A DNA stretch of 15,948 nt from Candidatus Geocrenenecus huangii (GCA_023254095.1 JALNLM010000020.1:1-15948), one strand, 5' to 3'. Numbered from the stretch's first letter, positions 7,461-15,358 are shown. Program-made: numbers and translations. Notes: generated by a model from the sequence alone, not told the origin.

Positions 7461-8669
7461 TCATCGTTTACGTTTATGTCTCTTTTTTTCTCTTGCTTTT
7501 ACTTCTACTCTAGGCGTAGGCTTAACCTTCTTAGCTGGTGGTTGTGCATACTTCTTCTTAATCTCCGCTAGTCTTTCCTCTAGAACCTTCCTTAATTCAC
7601 TGCTTCTATCTTCTCTTGAGAAATAATCGATCCTAGCGGCGATAGCAATCTTGGTAGCTAGCAGTCTAGCTATCTTACCTCTCTGCCATTTGGGAGAACC
7701 ATGTATGTAAGGATGCTGGAATATAACCCCATGCTTAGGCGCACCTCTACCCGTCTTGAAGAATCTGAAGAGGGCTTTCTCTGCTCCTAGGACCTGGATT
7801 GTGCTTGCTGGGAGTTTAGCTAGTTTCTCTAATCCTCCTGCAAGTGATATGAGTTTGGCCCCCAGTATTGCTCCGGCTACCGCGGACAAGTTAGGTGCTT
7901 CTGAATTCATTAATTCTCTAATATATGCTTCTTGCTGATTTTTCATCTCAATGAGTCTGAGACCTTCTCTAGCAATACGTTTCAAATGCTCCTCATCTTC
8001 TAAGCTTAAGTCTGCTCCAATAGACCCTGAAGCCTTCTCTATTATCTGGCGAGCTTTCTTCTCACCTACTAGTCCGGATAAACTTTCTATCGTTATTTTG
8101 CTCCTAGACCCTAGCTCAGCAACTATCTTCAGGTATTCTTCTGGTTCTTCAACTATTTCTGCGAGTTCTGGGAAATGGAGGCTATACCATTCTCTACATC
8201 TAGTATAGAACATGTTTATCTGTTTATCTAGGTCTTCTAAGACGTGGACGGCGTGCACAATCATCATATCTCTTCTAGCTACAGCTTCTCTTAGTTGGAT
8301 TGCTAGAACTGCGTCTGTTATCTTCTTTAGTTGATCTCTATACTCTTCAATGCTTCCGACTAAACCATTATTGACAAATAGGCTTTCAAGATCTATTGAA
8401 AGAGAATATTCAGAGAACTTGTACTCGGGGTAGCTTGATGAGAGATTACCAATTATGTGTGGAGGCTCTACTTTGAATTCTCTGAAACCTTTTGAAGAGA
8501 GCTCATTAATTATTTCTCTGAGATCTTCTATGACTTCACCTTTGATAGTGCTGGAATATTTTGAAGCAGCATCATCTACTTCTCTAAACATCTTGTATGC
8601 GATGATTTTTCCATCATCCGCTAGAGAGATAACGCCGATAGGTGTTACGATTAAGCTGGCAGACGCCAT
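7461..8669 (-). CDS. nop5: C/D box sRNP core protein Nop5 (Nop56/58 homolog)
   Basis: Motifs REWYSLHFPEL, APNLSAVAG, LPASTIQVLGAEKALF, PKHGVIFQ and RGKIAR, with a basic C-terminal tail; adjacent to fibrillarin. Confidence 0.97.
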   Translation of the reverse strand: MASASLIVTPIGVISLADDGKIIAYKMFREVDDAASKYSSTIKGEVIEDLREIINELSSKGFREFKVEPPHIIGNLSSSYPEYKFSEYSLSIDLESLFVNNGLVGSIEEYRDQLKKITDAVLAIQLREAVARRDMMIVHAVHVLEDLDKQINMFYTRCREWYSLHFPELAEIVEEPEEYLKIVAELGSRSKITIESLSGLVGEKKARQIIEKASGSIGADLSLEDEEHLKRIAREGLRLIEMKNQQEAYIRELMNSEAPNLSAVAGAILGAKLISLAGGLEKLAKLPASTIQVLGAEKALFRFFKTGRGAPKHGVIFQHPYIHGSPKWQRGKIARLLATKIAIAARIDYFSREDRSSELRKVLEERLAEIKKKYAQPPAKKVKPTPRVEVKAREKKRHKRKR

Positions 8670-8697
8670 ATTCTCAACATAATATCTGTGAAGAGCA

Positions 8698-8828
8698 ATT
8701 TATAAGGTTGGTCAATTGCATGTTTCATGAATAGAAATAACAATCTTTACAGAATCTATGAAGCGTCCTAGGGTCGAGAAATAAGTTAATCTATATTCTT
8801 CACATAGAGAGAAGGGTAATCCTTATAT
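8698..8828. promoter_or_regulatory. Divergent promoters of nop5 and rps30e
   Basis: Minus-strand TTATAAAT (8698-8705) lies about 30-36 nt before the nop5 ATG. Plus-strand TTATAT (8823-8828) starts 32 nt before the rps30e ATG at 8855, which suggests a leaderless transcript. Confidence 0.6.
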
Positions 8829-8854
8829 TGCCAGACACATTCATTAAGTTTGAG

Positions 8855-9019
8855 ATGCCGAGTCACGGTTCAATAACAAAAGCTGGAAAGGTTAGGTCTC
8901 AGACACCTAAGATAGAAGCTAAACCTAAAAAAGGGGTTATTCCGAGGATCAGGAACAGGTACAACTTTACAAAAAGGATACTACAGGCCACGTCTACGCA
9001 GAGCTCTGAAAAAATCTAG
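8855..9019 (+). CDS. rps30e: 30S ribosomal protein S30e (eS30)
   Basis: Signature MPSHGSITKAGKVRSQTPKI...PRIRNR; the start is placed at ATG 8855. Confidence 0.96.
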   Translation: MPSHGSITKAGKVRSQTPKIEAKPKKGVIPRIRNRYNFTKRILQATSTQSSEKI

Positions 9020-9065
9020 AATGAACCCCCAGTCCTTCATGATGACGGTATCTCTTCGAAAGCCT

Positions 9066-10025
9066 CTAGAGTAGGAGATATAGTAAGGCTTTACTTGTGT
9101 GAAGTCTGTTTTCAGCCTGTTCCCATACTAGTGAGCGTTCAGAATCTATTACATCATCTGTAACTTCTTCACCTCTATGTGCTGGGAGAGGATGCATGAA
9201 AACTACATCTGCTCTCGCTCTAGCCATCAACTCCATATTAACTTGGTATTTCGGATAAAATATCGCCATTCTTCTTTCTTTTTCTTCTTCTTGACCCATA
9301 CTAACGAAAACATCAGTCATTATGACGTCAGCATCTCTTACTGCCTCGGAGGGATCCGTAAAAAGGTTGATGTTTGAGCCGGACTGGCTAGCATTAGCCT
9401 TAGACCACTCGAGATATCTTTGGTGAGGCTCGTAGCCAGGCGGGGTTGCAACATTAACATTTAAACCGAGTTTAGATGCGCCGATCAATATAGAATTACA
9501 TACGTTGTTTCCATCCCCTACCCATGCGATAGTTAATCCTCTCAGCTTCTTGAATCTCTCCCAAAGAGTGTAAAGGTCTGCGAGGATCTGGAGTGGGTGA
9601 TTTATATCGGATAGACCATTGACGACCGGTACGGTGGCGTAGCTTGCTAGTTCTTCAAGTGTTTCGTATTTGTAGACTCTAGCCATTATTAGATGAACGT
9701 AGCGTGAGAGTACTCGAGCGGTGTCAGCTATTGTTTCGCCTCGACCGAGCTGTAGCTCATTCCTGCTTAGGTAGAGGGCCTTTCCACCTAATTCCTCGAC
9801 GGCTACTTCGAACGATACTCTGGTTCTCGTAGAAGGCTTCTCGAAGATCATGGCCACACTCTTCCCTCTAAGCTTATTGATCTTCTTACCTCTATACTTC
9901 TTGAGAGTACGTGTAGTCTTTAGGATCTTCCATATCTCTTCAGCTGAAAAATCTTGAAGTTCGAGGAAATCTCTCCCTTTTAGGCTAATCTTCTTCTTAG
10001 AAGCGTATCCTATCTCGTTCGGCAT
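9066..10025 (-). CDS. argF: Ornithine carbamoyltransferase
   Basis: Carbamoyl-phosphate motif FEKPSTRTRVSFE, HPLQILAD, GDGNNV, the OTC-specific DVFVSMGQE loop, HPLPAHRGEEV and QAENRLH. Confidence 0.94.
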   Translation of the reverse strand: MPNEIGYASKKKISLKGRDFLELQDFSAEEIWKILKTTRTLKKYRGKKINKLRGKSVAMIFEKPSTRTRVSFEVAVEELGGKALYLSRNELQLGRGETIADTARVLSRYVHLIMARVYKYETLEELASYATVPVVNGLSDINHPLQILADLYTLWERFKKLRGLTIAWVGDGNNVCNSILIGASKLGLNVNVATPPGYEPHQRYLEWSKANASQSGSNINLFTDPSEAVRDADVIMTDVFVSMGQEEEKERRMAIFYPKYQVNMELMARARADVVFMHPLPAHRGEEVTDDVIDSERSLVWEQAENRLHTSKALLYLLL

Positions 10026-10049
10026 GTATATCGTAGATATTAACTAAGA

Positions 10050-10067
10050 TATTAGGTTAACCTAGTA
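10050..10067. promoter_or_regulatory. Palindromic putative operator overlapping the argF promoter
   Basis: Perfect palindrome TAGGTTAACCTA (10053-10064), extendable to 18 bp with one mismatch. It lies about 28-39 nt upstream of argF ATG 10025. Confidence 0.45.
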
Positions 10068-10100
10068 GGTGGGCGAGCTACCTCTAAACGTTTCTTCCCC

Positions 10101-10790
10101 TCAACATGGTATAAGGATAGGGAGGTCAGCTTCATCAAGAACTATAGAGCCATCCTCTTCTAAATGCATCTTGATAGATTTGATCAAGATCTCGAGTTCT
10201 AGAGATGCGCAGAGAATTGTTTTTAGTCTTAGGTCAACGTTGAAGTTTGGACGAAAATATAACGCGTGAGGGTGTGCAGCGATGAATACTATCGAGGTAT
10301 TCCATCCAGCCTGTTTAAGCCTATTCAGTATCTCGAAGTGTCTTACTCCACGCTCCGATATCGTGTCAGGATACATCGCAGCCCCATCGCTGGACAGGTA
10401 TACAGCCGACTTGACCTCCAGAATAATTTCATCTAAACCATTACTTAAGAGATAATCAAATCTAGAACCATGTATCTTCACTTCCCTCTTCTTTATCTCG
10501 TAGCCTTCAAGCCATGGAATCAATCCATACTCTAATGCCTTCTCAAACATCTTGGCATGGAGAATCGTATCTATTAAGGCGGCTGAATCCTTAAGCCATA
10601 CTCCGACAACCCTACCCGACGTTCTACCTCCATGTTTTCTCCTTACATAAAGTATCTCTGAGCCTGGATAGATTAAGTCATTTAGTCTTCCCGTATTTGT
10701 TAAATGTAGCCTTATTTCTCTCCTCCCTTCTCTTGCCAATACTGTTACTCTAGTATCTCTTCTAATGACTTCAGCACGGCGTAACTCCAA
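10101..10790 (-). CDS. sfsA: SfsA family DNA/RNA nuclease (sugar fermentation stimulation protein homolog)
   Basis: Motifs HLTNTGRL, REV...SRFDYLL, EVKS, YPDTISERGVRH and FRPN...D. Confidence 0.9.
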   Translation of the reverse strand: MELRRAEVIRRDTRVTVLAREGRREIRLHLTNTGRLNDLIYPGSEILYVRRKHGGRTSGRVVGVWLKDSAALIDTILHAKMFEKALEYGLIPWLEGYEIKKREVKIHGSRFDYLLSNGLDEIILEVKSAVYLSSDGAAMYPDTISERGVRHFEILNRLKQAGWNTSIVFIAAHPHALYFRPNFNVDLRLKTILCASLELEILIKSIKMHLEEDGSIVLDEADLPILIPC

Positions 10791-10809
10791 TCTAGCTAGT
10801 GTTATCCCT

Positions 10810-11580
10810 TCAGCCAGGCTGAACCCTCCCTACAGGTAGCCAGTACAATCTCTCTCTTACCCATTTCTCAACCGCATCAGCATATGACATGTAGTATACG
10901 TATTCTCTCAAGAACCTTATATGCTCTTTAATCAGTTTGCTGAATAGTTCTTTGTCTATTTTATCGAGCATTATGAGCCTCTTCAATATTTCTAGGGGTG
11001 TAAAATGATAGGGCATGCCTAAGTATCTTATCCATGACTTGACCCCGGCTTGTTCAAGTCTTCTCTTGATATATTTTCCCTCGAAACCTGATATACAGAT
11101 TACCCTCTCATAATTCTGTGCTACGTCAATTATCTTTGAGAACTCTCTACCTAACCTCTCATCTTCCCCTATTACCGACTTCTTTAAGACTTTCACCCAT
11201 TCTTCTACATCTATTTTTTCTCTTACAATACATTTAATGGCTAGGAGAGCTATCTCTACGGATGTAGCAGCCTCCTGATCGAATAACTCCACATCAGTAT
11301 AACAGAATATGTCGGCCAGCTCACCTATACCTGGAAGTTCTCTCAACAATACTTCAAATCCTTTGATCCACGTACTCTTGGGCTCTGGAAGCTTCTCGCT
11401 TATAGATTCGACGAACTCATCGTAGTCTATCAAACCTTTACTATAGCTATAAACTATCTCCTCAATATTTTCTGGAAAATTCAATAGGATGGCTTGTGGG
11501 CGAAGTCTTCTAACGACTTCCAAGGTCTCAACATCAGCTTTCCTAGTCGGAGGCTTGACGAGTACACCGGCCTCAAGCAT
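10810..11580 (-). CDS. Hypothetical protein (256 aa)
   Basis: Long ORF with ATG start and typical composition, a TATA-like GTTAAAT about 30 nt upstream, and a 19-nt gap to sfsA. No family recognised with confidence. Confidence 0.8.
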   Translation of the reverse strand: MLEAGVLVKPPTRKADVETLEVVRRLRPQAILLNFPENIEEIVYSYSKGLIDYDEFVESISEKLPEPKSTWIKGFEVLLRELPGIGELADIFCYTDVELFDQEAATSVEIALLAIKCIVREKIDVEEWVKVLKKSVIGEDERLGREFSKIIDVAQNYERVICISGFEGKYIKRRLEQAGVKSWIRYLGMPYHFTPLEILKRLIMLDKIDKELFSKLIKEHIRFLREYVYYMSYADAVEKWVRERLYWLPVGRVQPG

Positions 11581-11647
11581 ATGCTGGAGATAACGATCAA
11601 TAGGCAGGATTTAACGCTAATCTTTAAGCTCTATTGATAGATGGATC

Positions 11648-11684
11648 TCATGATGACGATTTGGAAAGCCGAGTAGTGTTCTGA
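11648..11684 (+). ncRNA. Candidate C/D-box guide sRNA
   Basis: Perfect C box ATGATGA (11650-11656), 12-nt spacer CGATTTGGAAAG, D'-like CCGA (11669-11672) and CTGA (11681-11684). TATA-like TTTAAG at 11623-11628 is correctly spaced. There is no clear C' box. Confidence 0.3.
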
Positions 11685-11824
11685 ATAAACTCAATTTAAG
11701 AAGTTGGAGGAGCTCTTAGATACGATCTAAAGATGTTTAATAAGAACATTTTTAAGGAAAAACATACAGAAGATAATACGTTGAAGAATTTTGATTATGG
11801 AGATTAAATCAGTATTTGACAAGA

Positions 11825-11842
11825 AAGAAGAAATCCTTAATA
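11825..11842 (+). promoter_or_regulatory. BRE/TATA promoter for rpl24-rps4e
   Basis: Purine-rich AAGAAGAAA followed by TCCTTAATA. The same AATCCTTA core precedes rps30e (8818-8825). Confidence 0.45.
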
Positions 11843-11928
11843 GAGGGTTTTAGATATCCTCACTGTCAGATAGACATGCATGTAGAAGTTCATGGATTAG
11901 AGATTAAGGCAGGGTGAGGTCGTATCGC

Positions 11929-12300
11929 ATGAGTATAGTTTCTTCGAAACCTAGAAAACAGAGAAAGCTTCTCTATAACGCTCCGTACCATAAATTATCT
12001 AAGCTGATGTCCGCTCAGTTATCTCCTCAATTAAGAGAGAAGTATAATCGGAGGTCTTTCCCGGTCAGAGTAGGAGATACAGTAAAGATCATGAGAGGCG
12101 AGTATAGGGGGGTAGAGGGAAAAGTTACAGGAGTAGATAGGAGGAGACAGTACATATATGTTGAGAATGTTACTATGAAGAAAGCGGATGGAACAACTAA
12201 GCCTCGACCAATCCACGTATCAAACGTAATGATTACGCAATTGAAGCTAGATGATAAATATAGGCAGGCTGCATTAACTAGAGGAAAAGAGGCTGAGTAG
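11929..12300 (+). CDS. rpl24: 50S ribosomal protein L24 (uL24)
   Basis: SSKPRKQRK, KOW motif VRVGDTVKIMRGEYRG and PIHVSNVMI. SD GGTGAGGT (11913-11920) favours ATG 11929. Confidence 0.97.
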   Translation: MSIVSSKPRKQRKLLYNAPYHKLSKLMSAQLSPQLREKYNRRSFPVRVGDTVKIMRGEYRGVEGKVTGVDRRRQYIYVENVTMKKADGTTKPRPIHVSNVMITQLKLDDKYRQAALTRGKEAE

Positions 12301-12302
12301 AT

Positions 12303-13028
12303 ATGGTTCATCTGAAAAGGCTTGCAGCACCACCCCACTTAGATATCAAGGTCAAAGAATATGTTTTCACGATTGCACCTAGACCCGGGCCACATCCGAA
12401 GACTGAATGTATACCGCTTCTTCTAATCTTAAGAGAATATTTAGGATATGCGGAAAGAGCGGATGAGGCGAAGAAGATCATCAAGGCTGGGAAAATACTT
12501 GTAGACGGTAGGATCATAAGAGACTATAAGTTTCCAGTGGGCTTAATGGATGTTGTATCTATTCCTGATACAGGTGAGAATTATCGTATTCTACCTGTAT
12601 ATAGGAAGGGGTTGAGATTGATAGAGATACCTAGAGAAGAATCGGGGGTGAAGCTTGGGAAAATAATTAGGAAGATGCACGTAGCTAGAGCTAGGCTTCA
12701 ATTAACACTTCACGATGGAAGGAATATACTATTCAAGGAGGTTACTGACGAAGTACGCCAAATCAATACAAGGGATACTCTAAAGATCTCTGTGCCTAGT
12801 CAAACCATCCTTGATCACGTAAGATTAGAAGAAGGGTACTATGCACTTATAATTAGAGGATCTAAGCAAGGATTACATGGGAGGATAATCGAGATAAACC
12901 GTGATACGCCTTATCCATCAAAGGCCACAATAAGACTATCAGAGACGAAAATAGGCGAAGTGTCTACAATACTTGATTATGTAATGGTTGTAGGAAGAGA
13001 GAAGCCTGAGATAATCCTCCCACTATAA
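12303..13028 (+). CDS. rps4e: 30S ribosomal protein S4e (eS4)
   Basis: Motifs HLKRLAAP, PRPGPH, VDGRIIRDYKFPVGLMDV and QLTLHDGRN. Confidence 0.97.
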   Translation: MVHLKRLAAPPHLDIKVKEYVFTIAPRPGPHPKTECIPLLLILREYLGYAERADEAKKIIKAGKILVDGRIIRDYKFPVGLMDVVSIPDTGENYRILPVYRKGLRLIEIPREESGVKLGKIIRKMHVARARLQLTLHDGRNILFKEVTDEVRQINTRDTLKISVPSQTILDHVRLEEGYYALIIRGSKQGLHGRIIEINRDTPYPSKATIRLSETKIGEVSTILDYVMVVGREKPEIILPL

Positions 13029-13127
13029 CGTCTAATCTCTGCTGGACTAGTCAACTGTAACGTCGATATTTATGTTATACATTTTAAAAATTATTAGAAA
13101 GCTGGATAATGTTTGAAGGGGTTAGAG

Positions 13128-13685
13128 ATGAGTGGGCAAACACTTAATACATCCATGAATAGGCTGAAGCTAGATAATCCTATGAGGAAGATAAAGATAG
13201 AGAAGGTGATTGTGAACTGCTCAGTAGGTAGGTCTGGAGCACCTCTTGAGAGAGCCGAGAAAATAATAGAGATGCTTACAGGCCAGAAGCCGAGTATAAG
13301 GAAAGCTAAGAAGACTATAAGAGGCTTCGGGATTCATCGCGGAGAACCGATCGCCGTCATGGTTACTCTGAGAAGAAGTAAGGCTAGAGAATTCTTACAG
13401 AAAGCGATCGCCGCTATAGGATACAAGGTTAGAGAAGAGAACTTTGATGAGCATGGTAACCTGGCCTTCGGGATCAAAGAACATCTAGATATACCTGGAA
13501 CGAAATATAATCCAGAGCTTGGAGTAATCGGAATGGATGTCGTAGTCCATGTCTCCAGACCTGGGAGAAGAGTAATGATCAGGCGAAGAGCTAGGTCCAA
13601 GGTAGGTAAAAAACATCTAGTAACAAAAGAAGAATCTATGAAGTTCTTCCAAGAAGAATTCGGGGTTAAAGTAACGACCCAATAA
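13128..13685 (+). CDS. rpl5: 50S ribosomal protein L5 (uL5)
   Basis: Motifs NPMRKIKIEKVIVN, LTGQKP, FDEHGNLAFGIKEHLDIPGTKYNPELGVIGMDV and RPGRRV. The start is uncertain (TTG 13113, ATG 13128 or later). It has its own TATA-like TTTTAAAAA at 13082-13090. Confidence 0.96.
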   Translation: MSGQTLNTSMNRLKLDNPMRKIKIEKVIVNCSVGRSGAPLERAEKIIEMLTGQKPSIRKAKKTIRGFGIHRGEPIAVMVTLRRSKAREFLQKAIAAIGYKVREENFDEHGNLAFGIKEHLDIPGTKYNPELGVIGMDVVVHVSRPGRRVMIRRRARSKVGKKHLVTKEESMKFFQEEFGVKVTTQ

Positions 13686-13736
13686 CCTTAACCAAATAAA
13701 AATATAGGAAAGGAAATATAAAATTAACGTAGTGTT

Positions 13737-14333
13737 TTAGACTTCCGATATTCTCTCAATCTTGAACGGTAGAGTTATCTCACGATACTTTTTTACTCCT
13801 TCCTCGAATATGTCTCCACCATATATATCATTTGCAACGATCACTGGGAAGTTCTCAACTTCAAGCTCCATCACAGCCTCTGGGCCAAGGTCTTCATATG
13901 CTACGACTTTTGCACTCTTAATCTTCTTCGATATTAGTGCGCCTGCTCCACCCGTAGCGATGAAGTAAACGGCTCTATGCTTCTTCAGTAATTCCACGAC
14001 GGCCCAGCTCCTATACCCTTTACCTATTGTTGCTTTTAGACCAGCCTTAAGTAATGGCTCCATATAGCTATCCATCCTGATAGAAGTGGTTGGACCGGCA
14101 GACCCTATAACGTAACCGGGCTTAGCAGGTGTTGGGCCAACATAGTATATGACTTGACCTCTAAGGTCGATTGGTAGCTGCCCACCTCTATTAATCGTTT
14201 CAACGAATCTTTTATGGGCTGCATCCCTAGCAGTGTATATTTTTCCGGTAATCAGAACTTTATCTCCTATCCTCAACTCTTCAAGTAATTTATCATCTAG
14301 AGGTGGAGTAATCTTCTTGGTCACTTCTCCCAC
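13737..14333 (-). CDS. Class I (Fe-S) fumarate hydratase / tartrate dehydratase family, beta subunit
   Basis: Motifs TARDAAHKR, YYVGPTPA, GPTTSIRM, IGKG and DLGPEAV. The start is GTG 14333 or GTG 14324 (GTGA overlap with the alpha subunit stop). Confidence 0.93.
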   Translation of the reverse strand: MGEVTKKITPPLDDKLLEELRIGDKVLITGKIYTARDAAHKRFVETINRGGQLPIDLRGQVIYYVGPTPAKPGYVIGSAGPTTSIRMDSYMEPLLKAGLKATIGKGYRSWAVVELLKKHRAVYFIATGGAGALISKKIKSAKVVAYEDLGPEAVMELEVENFPVIVANDIYGGDIFEEGVKKYREITLPFKIERISEV

Positions 14334-15166
14334 ACTCCTACTCTATGAGCATGACAATCTAAATTTACCGCTACAGGTAATGCGCCGATATGGCATGGCG
14401 CAGTCTCTATTCTTACGTCTAGAGCTGTTATACGTCCACCTAAGCCTTGAGGACCTACACCCAGCTTGTTTACTTCTTCTAGAAGCTCTAGCTCAAGCTT
14501 AGCATAATTAGGGTCTGGATGCCTGGATCCGAATTCACGCATTAATGCTTTTTTCGCAAGCCATCCAACAACATCAAATGTTCCACCTATCCCCACGCCT
14601 ACGACTACGGGTGGGCATGGATTCGGACCAGCTTCAGCGACAGTTTTTAATACGAAATCCTTTACTCCTCTCACTCCTGCGGCGGGCGTCAGCATTGCAA
14701 GTCTAGACATGTTTTCTGCTCCAGTCCCCTTAGCCATGAACGTTATTCTAAATAAGTCTCCTGGAACAATATCTACGTGGATCATTGCAGGCGTATTATC
14801 CCCCGTGTTGACTCTGTTGAATAATGGATCCTTGACGACCGACTTCCTAAGATATCCTTCTTTATATCCTCTTGAAACACCTTTGTTTATCGCATCATAG
14901 AGGCTTCCACCCTCAATTCTTACATCCTCCCCCATCTCCACGTAGATTATCGAGACACCTGTATCCTGACATATTGGAAGCTGTTCTCTAGCAGCCAATT
15001 CTACATTCTCAATCATCTGACTCAGTATCTCCTTTCCACTCTCAGATACTTCTCTCTCCAGAGATTTCTTATATGCTTCTTTTACTTCATCTCTAATAAA
15101 ATAATTTACGTTCATTGACAATCTTCTAACAGCTTCTTCAATTTCTTCAACTCTTACAATCTTCAA
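14321..15166 (-). CDS. Class I (Fe-S) fumarate hydratase / tartrate dehydratase family, alpha subunit
   Basis: Motifs PICQDTG, GYLRKSVV, NTGDNTPA, KGTGAEN, NPCPP, GPQGLGG and CHAHR; TTG start. Confidence 0.93.
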   Translation of the reverse strand: MKIVRVEEIEEAVRRLSMNVNYFIRDEVKEAYKKSLEREVSESGKEILSQMIENVELAAREQLPICQDTGVSIIYVEMGEDVRIEGGSLYDAINKGVSRGYKEGYLRKSVVKDPLFNRVNTGDNTPAMIHVDIVPGDLFRITFMAKGTGAENMSRLAMLTPAAGVRGVKDFVLKTVAEAGPNPCPPVVVGVGIGGTFDVVGWLAKKALMREFGSRHPDPNYAKLELELLEEVNKLGVGPQGLGGRITALDVRIETAPCHIGALPVAVNLDCHAHRVGVWEK

Positions 15167-15193
15167 TTAAGATCACGATACTAACTGGCGACC

Positions 15194-15358
15194 GCTTACT
15201 CAAAAACTTATGCTTTCTTCATGAAGTTTTATGAGATTAGTAATGGCGAATGGAAGCTTATTTGGTCCTTGAACCCACCTAAATCTAAGACGGGTAGGCC
15301 TATAATAGCGAATATAAACTTAAGCTTAAGCTTGGAAGAAAACATAGGCTCGAGATGA
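15194..15358 (+). mobile_element. Probable left-end remnant of an IS5-family element (truncated DUF4096-type transposase N-terminus)
   Basis: ORF 15221-15358 reads MKFYEISNGEWKLIWSLNPPKSKTGRPII..., which resembles the IS5-family N-terminal pattern (EI/LSDxEWxxIxPLLPPxxxxGRP). It is preceded by a TIR-like GCTTACTCAAAAACTT, and the similarity is lost after GRP. Confidence 0.55.
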
